From assembly GCF_009914755.1 (NCBI RefSeq), contig NC_060943.1: 64,000 bases of DNA. One strand, 5' to 3'. Origin of the DNA: the human T2T-CHM13v2.0 reference genome, Homo sapiens. A program made the position numbers and the translations under genes. Below, piece after piece: positions 13,820 to 27,119 of this stretch (position 1 is its first letter; each line of letters opens with the position of its first letter). Under the pieces are notes generated by a model. That model worked only from the letters and a program-made list of their open reading frames with translations, was not told where the DNA came from and did not search any database.

Positions 13820-16560
13820 TATCTCCTACTTCAGTAGATAATGCTAAAAAATTTTCCCAAACAATTGCATGAATTTACACTCCCAAAAGTGTACAATATG
13901 AGAGTTACCATTGCCCCACATCCTTGCCAACCCTTGGTACTTTCCATTTTTAGCAATCTGATGAGTATGTAATGGTATCCACTATGATACTGATTGGTTT
14001 CTACCTCTAAAGAGGTCGAGGACCTTTTCTTATACAATTGGAGTTCATTGGATTTTCTTCTTGTAAAGTCACTTTTGAAGTAATTGGCCAATTTTGCTAT
14101 TGGATTGCCTGATTTTTTTTTCTAATTGGATTTGTATATTCCTCAGTTGATGAGAATTGTTATGGATAAAGGTAGAATTTCATCAGACTCATTTCCACCT
14201 TCCATGGGATGGTCATATTATGTTTTTTTCTTGTATTTGAGCTTGTGATAAATACACTAAATGAGTTTCTAATGTTAAACCACCCTTGCATTCCTGACAT
14301 AAACACATCTTGGCTATGATGCATTATCATATTTATATCTAGCTCTATTTAATTTGCAAACTTTGGCTTAATATTTGTGCCACTATATGCCTAATTAAGA
14401 TTTGCCTATACTTTTATTTTTTTATATTGTTGAGTTTGGGTATTAATTTTATAATCAGCCACAGAAAATGAGCAAGAGTTTGAATAGGAATAGAGTAATT
14501 TCTTCCTTAAGTTTTGGTACAATTTGCTGGTATACTTAAAGTTTAGCCATCTTGACCTAAAGTTTGCTTGGTGAGATGATTTTTACTACTGATTCTTCTG
14601 AATAGTTTTAGAACTATTCAGGTTTTCTACTTGTTTTCTGAGGCTATTATACTAAATTACATATTTTTATTAATTTATCCATTAATCTAAATGTCAAAGT
14701 ATGTGAAATTGTTCAAAATATTATCGTATATTCTCAATGTCTGCAACATCAGTGGTTATGTCCTTTATTTTATTTCTGACATTAGTTACATGTGCCTTCT
14801 CTCTTTTCATTGTATTTAGACTCCCCAGAGGTTTATCAATTTTATTACTTTTTCACCAAACAAGTTAGGGCTTTGTTGATTCTGTTGTATGCATTTTAAA
14901 ACATGTATTATTTAGTACTTATTTTATTATTTTCTTATGTCTACTTTCTTGAGTTTTTTTATCTCTTGAGAAGAAAGATCGAATTCAGTTTATCTTATTT
15001 CAATTCCAGTAATATGATTTTAAGCTATTCATATCTGTCTTAGTCCATTTAGTCTTGCTAAAAAAGCAATACCTGATGCTGGGTAATTTATACAGAAAAG
15101 AGGTGTATTTGGCTCACAGTTCTGCAGGCTGTATAGAAAGCATGGAACCAGCATCTGCTTCTGGTGAGGCCTCAGGCCGCTTCTACTCATGGCAGAAGGT
15201 AAAGGGGAGCCACCACGTGCAAAGATCACATGAGGAGAGAGAAAGCAAGAGATAGGGACAGTGCAGGTGGCAGGTTCTTTTTAACAACCGCTCTTGTAAG
15301 AATTAATAGAGCAAGAACTCACCCATTACCAAGAGGACAGTACCAAGCCATTCATGAGGCACCCACTCCCATAACCCAAACATCTCCCATTAGGTTCCAT
15401 CTCTAATACTGGATAAAATTTCTTAATTTTCAACCTTTCAAGAGTTCAATAATATTTTTGTTTCAGATCTCCATCTTAACAACAAAGTGATCAGAAAATA
15501 TACTTTTTGTGATATAAATCCCTTAAACTGTGTTGAGATTTTCTCAATGGCTCAGTCTCTGATCAAGTTGTACAAATATTCTGTGTGTGCTTTAATAATG
15601 CATGTATTGTTGCTGTTGTGAGTGTACTGTTTTGTCTTTTGTTTAAGTCAATTTGTTAATGATGTTGTGTAGATTTTCTTCATCTTCACTGACTTTTTTC
15701 ATCTGTTTAATTTACTCATTAATGAAAGAGATATGTTAAAAAATTTCCCACTATGATTATGAATTTGGACATTTTCTGTAGTTCTGACAACTTTGGACTT
15801 ATATATTTTAAGGCTGCATTATTTAGTGTATACTAATTAGGTTTTTAAATGTTCTGATGAAATTATTATCATTGTGATATGATCATCATTACTGGTAAGT
15901 ATTTTGCCTAAACACTTTGCCTAAATAAATTTTACTTTAGCTGATGTCAATATATCTACCCAGGTTTATTTTGGGTAGTATTTGCTGCATTATATATAAA
16001 TTTTCATCTTTTTTCTTTGACATTCCTGTATCACTATGTTTTAGATGTGTCTCTTGTAAATGGCATACAGTTGGATTTCTTTTGGCCTAGTCTAGCAAAC
16101 TGATTTTAACTGAAGCCTTACATTACACTTAATGCAATTACTAATATATTTGAACTTAAATCTATTATTTTTGTACCTGCTTTGTGTTCTGCGTTTTTTT
16201 TTTTGTTTTTTTTTTGTTTTTTTTTTTTTTTTGCCTTTTCAATGATTCCTTTTTTCCTCTTTCTGGCCTACATTTGGACTGCTGGAGTAATTTCTATTCT
16301 TCTTAGTTCATTTCTTTCCCACAAGTTTAGAAGTTTTGCACTCTATTGCTAAGTTTATTAGTTATTCTTTAAAAAACATATAATACACAGTTAATAAAGT
16401 CTAAAGTTAGTGACCTTTTAAAGCTTCTCCAATATAAGATAGGACATTAGAACCCTTTACTCAATTTGCACATTCCAATATATTACTATTTTCTTATTTT
16501 ACATGTGTCTTATACTTAAGCCTCTTACTCATTTTTATTGTTATGATTACTCAAATTATT
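13820..16560 (-). mobile_element. Old L1M fragments with a nested MST LTR (~15035-15420)
   Basis: T-rich antisense L1 ORF2-like sequence; MST motif GGGTAATTTATACAGAAAAGAGG. Confidence 0.65.
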
Positions 16561-16715
16561 ACTAATGGTGAAATAACAGAGAGTGAAGGTGGAGGGCAAA
16601 GCATTGGGAAATTAAGTGGCACTCAGTCACCTTGGTGATAAAGGTTATTATGAAGACTGTGTGGCAGACAGGCTGCCTCTGACCAACTTGAAGACCAAAC
16701 AAAAAGGAAAAGATA

Positions 16716-17018
16716 GCTGGGCACGGTGGCTCACACCTGCAATCACAGCACTTTGGGAGGCCGAGGCGGGTGGATCACGAGGTCAGGAGTTCAAGACCAG
16801 CCTGACCTACATGGTGAAACCCCGTCTCTACTAAAAATACAAAATTTAGCCAGGTGTGGTGGCACACACCTGTAATCCCAGCTACTCAGGAGGCTGAGGC
16901 AGGAGAATTGCTTGTGAACCAGGAGGCGGAGGTTGCAGTGAGCCAAGATCGCACCACTGCACTCCAGCCTGGGCAACAGAGTGAGACTCCTTCTCAAAAA
17001 AAAAAAAAAAAAAAAAAC
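16716..17018 (+). mobile_element. AluS
   Basis: Dimer with poly(A). Confidence 0.93.
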
Positions 17019-17189
17019 AGATAAATGAGTCCTTGCATGCCCAACTTAAGAGATATGTTAGAAACAACAGAAAGCATCTATGGCTACCTTAAAAGAATCC
17101 CTTATCTTTTTTACCATGCCAGCTAAATGCACAACCCCTCCAGTTCCCACACACTAAACAAGAAAATAATTTTAAGGCCAATAAAATAC

Positions 17190-19010
17190 AACTGTGGGCC
17201 TCATTACCCAGAAGCAGGTGACTTGATGTATTGATGAAATGACCTACTGAAGGCAAGTTATAGTGCCATCTGGCGGTGAATATTTGGTGAGGTTGGGTGA
17301 GGTGCTATCGAACAGTATTTGCCTTAAACCAGCACCAATATACAGTGCCATTTCTCCCAGAGCCAGAATACACAATGTGAAAACCAAGCAGTGGAGGTAG
17401 TGAGAGGTGAAGCCAGCTGGGCTTCTGGGTCGGGTGCGGACTTGGAGAACTTTTCTGTCTAGCTAGAGGATTGTAAACACACCAATCACCACTCTGTAAA
17501 AACGCACTAATCAGCATTCTGTGTCTAGCTAAAGGTTTGTAAATGCACCAATCAGCACTCTCTAAAAACGCACCAATCAGCATTCTGTGTCTAGCTAAAG
17601 GTTTGTAAATGCACCAATCAGCACTCTGTAAAAAACACACCAATCAGCGCTCTGTGTCTAGCTAAAGGTTTGTAAATGTGCCAATCAGCACTCTGTAAAA
17701 ATGCACCAATCAGCACTCTGTAAAATGGGCCAATCAGTGCTCTGTAAAATGGACCAATCAGCAGGATGAGGGTGGAGCCAAAGAAGGGAATAAAAGCTGG
17801 CCACCCGCGGCAACCCGGCAACCAGCTCAGGTACCATTCCATGCTGTGGCGGGTTTGTTCTTTTCCCTTTCACAGTAAATCTTGCTGCTGCTTTCTCTTT
17901 GGTCTGCACTGCTTTTATGAGCTGTAACACTCTGTGAAGGTCTATGGCTTCACTCCTGAAGTCGGTGAGACCACGAACCCCACCGGGAGGAACAAAACAA
18001 CTCCAGACGTGCCACTTTTAAGAGTTGTAACACTCACTGCGAAGGTCTGTGGCTTCACTCCTGAAGTCAAGTGAGACCACAAACCCACCGGAAGCAAGAA
18101 ACTCTGGACACATCTGAAGGAAGAAACTCTAGACACGCCATTTTTAAGAACTGTAACACTCACTGCGAGAGTTCGCAGCTTCATTCTTGAAGTCAGCAAG
18201 CCCAAGAACCCACCGGAAAGAACCAATTCCGGACACAGTAGAACTGGTCCCTCTTCCTTATTCCACCTAATCGCACACCTTTGCAATTTTTTGCCTCCTA
18301 AATTTGCAACTTTGGAGTGGGTGGCTTTGCGAGTCCTAGTGTTTCAAGGAGAAACACTTCCACTAAAGGACCCAGTTATGGTTTCAAGTGGAAGCAGAGG
18401 CTGCCTCTTGGCCATTTTGGGCAAGTCATGATGCTAAACCATCAGGCAGAGAAGGAGGTACCTTTACTAAGGTAGTAAAGGTACCAATTGATCCAATTAT
18501 TAGGAGAAAAATATGTTGTTGCTATACAGTGCAATCAAGGAGAATTAGGAGTGGAACCGAGACTATTCAGTCGGGAGGCTTTTTATACTCTGTCCAGAAT
18601 AATGGTCAATGGATAACTGCAGCAATGCAATAAAGACGAAGCATTAATGACTTGGATCCTTTGGGTCACTCTACCAGATAAAAAATTCCAAGGAAACGAA
18701 GTGCTAGAGGAGGGTAAGAGAGACACAAAACGGTTATCAATTTAGGCTTTATGACCAGCTATAGAAGCAGGAACTGCAGCTATTATGTTTTATGGTAACT
18801 AATTGTTTCTTTCCCACTTCAATTTCACTGTGATATCTTACATGAAGAGCACTTTTCATGGCTGTTACAATTTCAGTTTCAGAAGTATAGCAGGAATGAC
18901 TTCTCTCTGCAGTAATAGTAGAACTAATACTGGGCATCTCTGTGTTAAGGATGTGAGCTTGTTCATCCAAACAAAAGAACGTAATGGGTTCTCAGTGACA
19001 ACAGGGATGA
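17190..19010 (+). mobile_element. ERVL-class internal fragment (integrase C-terminus and dUTPase), split by LTR12
   Basis: Degenerate HYPEA..LLKA, VFALNQ, ISPRARIH, WKQRLPLGHFG, IDP. Confidence 0.75.
17401..18237 (+). mobile_element. LTR12-family (ERV9) solo LTR
   Basis: TGAGAGGTGAAGCCAGCTGG...CCGGACACA ends, GTAG target-site duplication, nine CCAAT-containing U3 repeats. Confidence 0.93.
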
Positions 19011-19011
19011 C

Positions 19012-19959
<948 letters not shown>

Positions 19960-20199
19960 TAATCAGAATAAGCCTATGCTCATCAGTCAAAAGCAGGTTT
20001 GAATGCTCTGCTTAGTTCTTGGAGTTCTCACTTTCTAAATTTTAGCTAGGAAATTCCTCACTAGATTGTCTTTCCATTATTTTATAAAGATTGTTTTGAG
20101 TATTTTATCCGCCACTTTTAATGACTTTCAGCAGAGGAGTTGATCCATATAGCCTGGACTGCCATTCTCAAAAATGAGAAAGTTCTCCCCTCTCTTAGG

Positions 20200-22160
20200 T
20201 TTTTTTGTTTTCCCATAAGATTTTTGCATTTGCTTGCTATTTCACGTAGGCTGTTGGGAAGAATGTCTCCTGAAATCTTGGATGAGAAATATGACAATAG
20301 AGAAAGACAATTCACTTTCAAGATATCAAAATACTATTCATATAACAGAAAAACAAAAAAGTATTAATATTAGCCATCTATTGTTACCTAGGGAATTATT
20401 CCAAAACTGAGCATCTTGATACACACTTATCTTACAGTTTCTGTGGTCAGGAATCTGAGCACAGCTTAGCTTGGTCCTTGGCTTACGGTTTCTCACTAGG
20501 TTGAAATCAAGATGTTGACTCAGGGTCTTCATCCTCATCTGAAGGCTCTACTGGGGAATGACCCACTTCCAAGTTTATTCATTGGCTTTTGGCAACATGC
20601 AGTTCCTCACAGGGTATTGGAATGAGAGCCTCAGTTCCTTTCTAGCTGTTGGCAGGGGCTTCCCTCAGTTCCTTACCTCATGAGTCTTTCAAAAATGGCA
20701 GCTCACAATATAGCCACTTACTTGATTAATACATGAAAATCAGAAAGGCAGTAGAGTTTGCTAGCAAGACAGAAGTCACACAGTTTTTTGTAATCTAATA
20801 TTGGAAATGACATTCCATCACTTTTGCCATATACCATTAGTTATAAGTAAGTCACTAAGTTCATCCTTTGGGGAGGAGGTTACACAAACACATGAATATC
20901 AGGAAGTGGAGATCATTGGGAGATATTTTAGAAGGCTGACAACCCCGCAAAAATAATTTCTGAATTTCCATCTGTATCTCAGCATTCAATAGCTATGCAC
21001 CTGTTTCAGCACATTGGCAGGAGCAAAACAATAGCAAAGTGTTTACAGCATGTATCGTGTGAAATACATCCACTCTCAAAGCACCTTCGTTTGGCTATTT
21101 CTTCAGTAGGTTCATCAAATAAACCACTTTTTTTCAAGCAACTCTCAGTTATCAGTACGTCCTGCTGGGTGGGTATTGTCATCTGCAGAGTACAGTATCG
21201 GCTTTTTGTTTAAGTATTGCTTTGAACATGGAAGAGCTGCTTTGTCATCCTGTTTAAAAACCTCATAGGCATGCAATTCCAAGGTCTCTTGTATGTCATG
21301 AGTTTGATTTTGACTGAAGAATGATGAAAGTGTGGCCCAACCATCTTTCTGCTTATGGACATTAATTCTATTACCTGATACTGAGCTCTGATTATTCCTG
21401 GACACACAATTAAAGGTGTGAAGAAATAATAATATACTTCTAATTTCTAATTCACTCATAGCCTTTGCCATTTTTGTTCCATTATCAACAATTGACTTTT
21501 TTCATATGACATACATTCCATAAAGTATATGCACTATGTTGTTAACTACGTGTAAGACCAAGAAATATCTCCACCACCAAGTAGAAATATAGTGAAATTC
21601 ATCATAAATCAGGAAGAAAACACCTGATTGTTTCTCTATGTCCAAATGTTCAATCTATAAGATACAGAATTAGTACATAAAATAATTTTGTGCACAGCTT
21701 AATGTAATTTGGAATAACTTTTCAAAACATGTTTTCTAGAAAGAACTTTTAAGAATCATAATTTTAGCAAATTTTGAAAATCCTTCGTCTTCTACTTCAA
21801 AAAATGGTTGACAGTGTTGTGCAATCAATTTTACAGCTTTAAGATTTTAGCTTCACTAACTCAAAACTATAAAGAATTTTTTTAAAGTATGCTTATAAAA
21901 TCTGTTGTTTTGAAGTTTGATTAGTGAGAACAAAATGTATTTGGGGAATCTGATTTCCAACACTTTTCTGTTTTTTTTTTTTCATGCTCTTTGCACCCAT
22001 TATGATGTCTGGATCAAAGACGATTTAGCACAGAAGTTGTTACACATGATTTTAGAGAGTTTCATTTCTACTTCAAGAAATTTAAGTAAGCAAAATTGCC
22101 AATCTTTTTGAAATTCATCCTCACAAATGTGAACAATTTTCAGATAACACTTTTTCTAAA
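20200..22160 (-). mobile_element. Decayed hAT (Ac/ZBED4-6-like) transposase coding region, split by an MLT1 LTR
   Basis: Ordered motifs: BED remnant TTSVLNRL*SRH, LIAQHCQPFFEVEDEGF (21840-21778), NIWT, IVDNGTKMAKA..LFLHTFN, RKMVGPHFHHSS, MFKAILKQK, HPRF (20284-20273). Confidence 0.8.
20362..20949 (-). mobile_element. MLT1-type MaLR solo LTR inserted in the hAT fossil
   Basis: CAGTTTCTGTGGTCAGGAATCTGAG...TTAGAAGGCTG MLT1 motifs. Confidence 0.7.
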
Positions 22161-22504
22161 AAGATACACAGCCTAAATGTAAATAACTAAAAAACATCAA
22201 ATACGGTCATCAAAGATTATTTTCGTTAATAATATGAATGATAGAATACCAAAAAATTCTACAAGGGAGGCTGCCTATCACAAAAATGATCTCTGGATTT
22301 CCATGGAATCTAATCTTTGCTGTTCTGACTCATGTTATTATTGATATTTTTACAATCACTTGCCAGTTCCAAGAGGAGACAATATTCTTTCTAATGGCAT
22401 TTAACTAAAGCACTCTTAATCTTCATACCAACACTCAGTCTATTTCCTGAGTTGTATAATTATGCGGAAGTTCTCAGTAATTGTTTTTGGACCTGAAAGG
22501 CATG

Positions 22505-23370
22505 GTGTAATGATAGAGTGCCCCCAGGACTGAAGCACTGGTTCATCCCAGCTGCTGTGAGTGTTGATTGCTGACAGCTGGCAGCACTCCCTTGTAAGGA
22601 TTGCCTTCAGAGCAAGGAGCTGCCTCACCCAAAGTCACAACCCCTTCCTGGGTCAGCTCACATCCAATGACTGCTCTATTAAATCAGCATTGTTTATGCT
22701 GGAGGCCATGAGCCTGTTTATGCTGGAGGCCATGAGCCTGAGGTTTTCTCCATACTTTGAGTTCCTACCTAATAAATAGCAACCTAAGTCAGTAGGTAAA
22801 CAAACCGAAATGTAACTTAGTAGTATACTTTTTGTAACAAATAGCAAGGTTCCAGCCAATCACAAACAGCCAAGCTTCAACCAATCACAGGCAGCTAACT
22901 GATCATATCCGTGCCCAAATAAGGCAAATGTCTTGCTGTAGCCAACCAGATGATTTCTCTACTTTGCTTCTGTGTTCAGCTTATACAAGCTCACTGCTCT
23001 TCTGATTCTGAGTGTTGCCCTACTCATGAATTGTTCTCTACTCAAATAAACTGTGTTCAATTTAATTTGTCTGAAGTTCTTCTTTTAATAGGTCAGTGAA
23101 TGGTATAAAGGCCCAGTCCCCTTTCCCCGATTCAGGACATCTCTGTGGAGCCATCTAGCTGTAGAGTTTCCTGTAGGATTGGCTGGGGCTTCTGTTATGA
23201 CTGCATAGTAGTTCACCTTCTCCCACTGCCTAATCCTACTTCCTTCGCTCCCCTACGAGTGTGAATCCTGAGAGCAGGAAATTAATAGGGGTGTTCTCAG
23301 GATTCACACTTGTAGGGGAGTTCTAACCTCTGCTTCAGAGTCAGTTTCCTGAAGAATCATCTGTAACTTA
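22505..23370 (+). mobile_element. LTR16-like ERVL LTR (host of a MER57-group LTR and of the hairpin)
   Basis: GCTGCTGTGAGTGTTG..CATCCAATGACTG|GTATAAAGGCCCAG..CAGAGTCAGTTTCCTG. Confidence 0.7.
22677..23090 (+). mobile_element. MER57/MER4-group ERV1 solo LTR
   Basis: CCAATCAC repeats, CAAATAAGGCAAA, CAAATAAAC..TTTAATTTGTCTGAAG; exact 24-bp tandem duplication 22691-22738. Confidence 0.7.
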
Positions 23371-23849
23371 TAGGTTTTCACAATCACCATTATTTATTTC
23401 AGCCTCTTACTCCTGTAATTGTATAATTACACACACATTTATACTTTGATAAAAATTTAACTTTGAACACACACACGATGTTCACTCCAAGCTACATTAG
23501 AATGCTTAAATTTGAAGGTGACTATTAAGATTTTAAAGTTAGGAACATGATTTGTTCATATTTCTAATGTTATTGTGCTAGTTAGATAGGCTGGTAACCC
23601 AATCTGTCATGTATTCATCGTGACCACACAAGTTCAGGGATGCCAGAAATGAACTTCAAATTGGCACTCAGTGGTTCCACCTCCAAAAGACTGAGGTGAG
23701 ATCAAAGTCAAATAGAAAAAAATGAACAAATATTGAGGCTGAAGCTGAATTTTAATGCAACCCAACTATGTGCATGTTTGTGTGTGTATGTATGTTTACT
23801 TAAACATGAAGTAAAGAATGACAAGACACACAGATAAACATGGATACTA

Positions 23850-24615
<766 letters not shown>

Positions 24616-25766
24616 TATGACAGATAACTTTGGGAGGAGAAGCACCTGGTGAATGGGTAGGAAGGGAGGGGTCAATCAAGGTAACCAAAGAAAAAAATAA
24701 ATGAGGATGGGAAAGAATACAGTAAAAATACCTTCATAAGAATAAATTGCCCTGTTAATATAAAATTCTGTGCATGTGTATGAATAAATTAGAATAAAGA
24801 GCTAGCTCTGTATTAATTTGTAGGCATAACATTCGATAATTCTTTTATATGGTTTATTGTGTGCCAGGCACTGTTTTAAGCACTTTCCATACATTAACTC
24901 CTTTAATCCTTATGTCTCAACCCATGATATAGGTACTATTATTATTACACCCATTTTACTGATGATGAAACTGAGACATAGAGAGACATAGCTAGTAAAA
25001 TGGCTGAGCCAGGATTCAAACCTGAGCCATCGGGCTTCAGAATCTGTGCTCTTAATCACCTTGGTATATGTAGTATGACTCTGTTCTTCAGAAACTAAAA
25101 AATATATATGTGTACAAATGCATATGTATACATTTATATTTTAGAAGACATAAAATTAAAGTATCAAGATCAAAAATAAAATCTTGGATTCTAACCAGCT
25201 CTGTCAGGGCTCACAGACAATGAATGATAAATATTCTGGTTGGCCTATTTTGTGTCATATACCCAGATGCCCAGACTAGGTTTTTTTGGGGGGAGAAGGA
25301 GGGGCATCAGTGCTTGGACATTCTTGTCAGAGTCATGTGGAGTGGGTTACTTAAAGGAAAGAGATGATCTATTATCAGAGGTAGGAGGAGATGGCAGCTG
25401 ACGGACTTGCAAAAACTATAACTAGTCTGTCTCCTTGAACCTCAGTGTAACCTTCCCTACCTTTTTCTTAGATGTAAACAGCAGAGCAGCTGAAGGTCCT
25501 TCACTCATCAAACAAAAAGAAGGTATGGCCCAAGGTGAAGAGAAAGGCTATAGGGAAACCCTCCCCAAAACATCACACCCATTTTCCCATGCCCTTTGTT
25601 CAGAAAATAATTAATTGTGGAAATGAGATCTGTTGCCTCCCCACTTCCCCCAGCCCAGACCCGACAACAATGGGGACCCTGTCTCTACTTCCTACAAGTC
25701 CACCAGGGGCAAATTACCATTTGGGGTTATTTAATGGTGTAATAGGAGAATCTGCTGCTTTTAGTT

Positions 25767-25989
25767 CAGGGGTGTCCAATCTTTCAGCTTCCCTGGGCCA
25801 AACTGGAAGAATTGTCTTGGGCTGCACATAAAATACATTAACACTAATGATAGCTGATGAGCTTAAAAAAATTTGCAAAAAAAACCCAAAACCTCAATGT
25901 TTTAAGAAAGTTTATGAATGTGTGTTGGGCCACATTCAAAGCCATCCTGGGCCACATGAGGCCCATGGGCTGTGGGTTGGACAAGCTTG
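25767..25989 (+). mobile_element. MER30 (hAT-Charlie)
   Basis: CAGGGGTGTCCAA...TTGGACAAGCTTG termini, imperfect 8-bp TSD TTTTAGTT/ATTTAGAT. Confidence 0.9.
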
Positions 25990-26470
25990 ATTTAGATCAT
26001 CTCGTGATTTTAGGCTCTGCCAGTGTGGGGATTATCCCACCTGCAGGGATTATGTGGTGCTCTAGGATTATCTTGGGTTTGGGGTTGATCCCCCCACATG
26101 GAAGGATTGTCTGGTGGTGCTATCGGATTATCTTGGTTTTAGGGTTGATCCCTCACATGGAAGGATTCTCTGCTACTTTGATGTTCCTCATGACCCGGTG
26201 CCGCCTGTTCTATAGTATCAACGTGTAAGTCCTTGACTCAGACCTAATTCAAGGTAGGTTAAGGTGTCCTCCTGTCTACCAGTTCCTGTTTCAGGAACTT
26301 GGGATGACCTTGTGAAGGGTAGGAAGTTTCTGTTTTCCTTTGAAGTGCTGTTCCAAGAGGTAATAATAGTGGAACTTGAGTTTCAGCAGTTGATGAGAAT
26401 GGTGGCCCCTGTGTCTAAGAAGTATGAGAATTACAATATTGGGTAGCAGAGACTGATAAAGATGGTGATA

Positions 26471-27119
26471 TAGGTTGAGCATCCCTTATCCAAAATACTT
26501 GAGACAGAAAGTGTTTCAGGTTTGATTTTTTTATTTTGTATTTTGGACTATTTTCATATATATAAAATCAGATATTTGGGGATGAGACCCAAGTCCAAAC
26601 ACAAAATTCATTTGTTTTCATTTCATTTATATATGCCTTCTACACATAGCCTGAAGATAATTTTATACAATATTTTTGTGCATGAAACAAGGTTTTTTGT
26701 TTGTTTTAAGACAGGGTCTCACTCTATCAACCAGGCTGGAGTGCAGCCTCAACTTCCTGGGCTTAAGCAATCCTCCCACCTCAGCCTCCCTAGTAGCTGG
26801 GAGAAGAAGCATGCATCACCATGCCCTGCTAAGTTTTAAATTTTTTTATTGTAGAGATGGGAATCCCACTATGTTGCCCAGGCTGGTCTCAAATTCCTGG
26901 GCTCAAGTGATCCTCCTGCCTTAGCCTCCCAAACAGCTGGATTACAGGCATAAGCCACTGTGCCCAGCCCCATGAAACAAAGTTTTGACTGCAATCTATC
27001 ACATGAGATCAAGTGATGGAATGAAATTTTTCACTTCTGACGTTACGTCGGTGCTCAAAAAGTTTTTGATTTTGGAGCATTTCAGATTCGAGATTTTTGC
27101 ATTAAGGATGCTCAACCTG
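26471..27119 (+). mobile_element. Tigger4b/MER46-type element with nested antisense AluJ (~26692-26969)
   Basis: TIRs AGGTTGAGCATCC...GGATGCTCAACCTG, TA TSD; Alu TSD CATGAAACAA. Confidence 0.88.

Noticed and set aside
17480-17760. Spaced direct repeats superficially like a CRISPR array
   Set aside because: U3 enhancer repeats of LTR12; no unique spacers, and the DNA is human
26390-26425. FLDTGATILI on the - strand, resembling a retroviral aspartic protease active site
   Set aside because: Short, followed by a stop, no downstream flap or GRD motif; better explained as an off-frame reading of the TQGPP repeat
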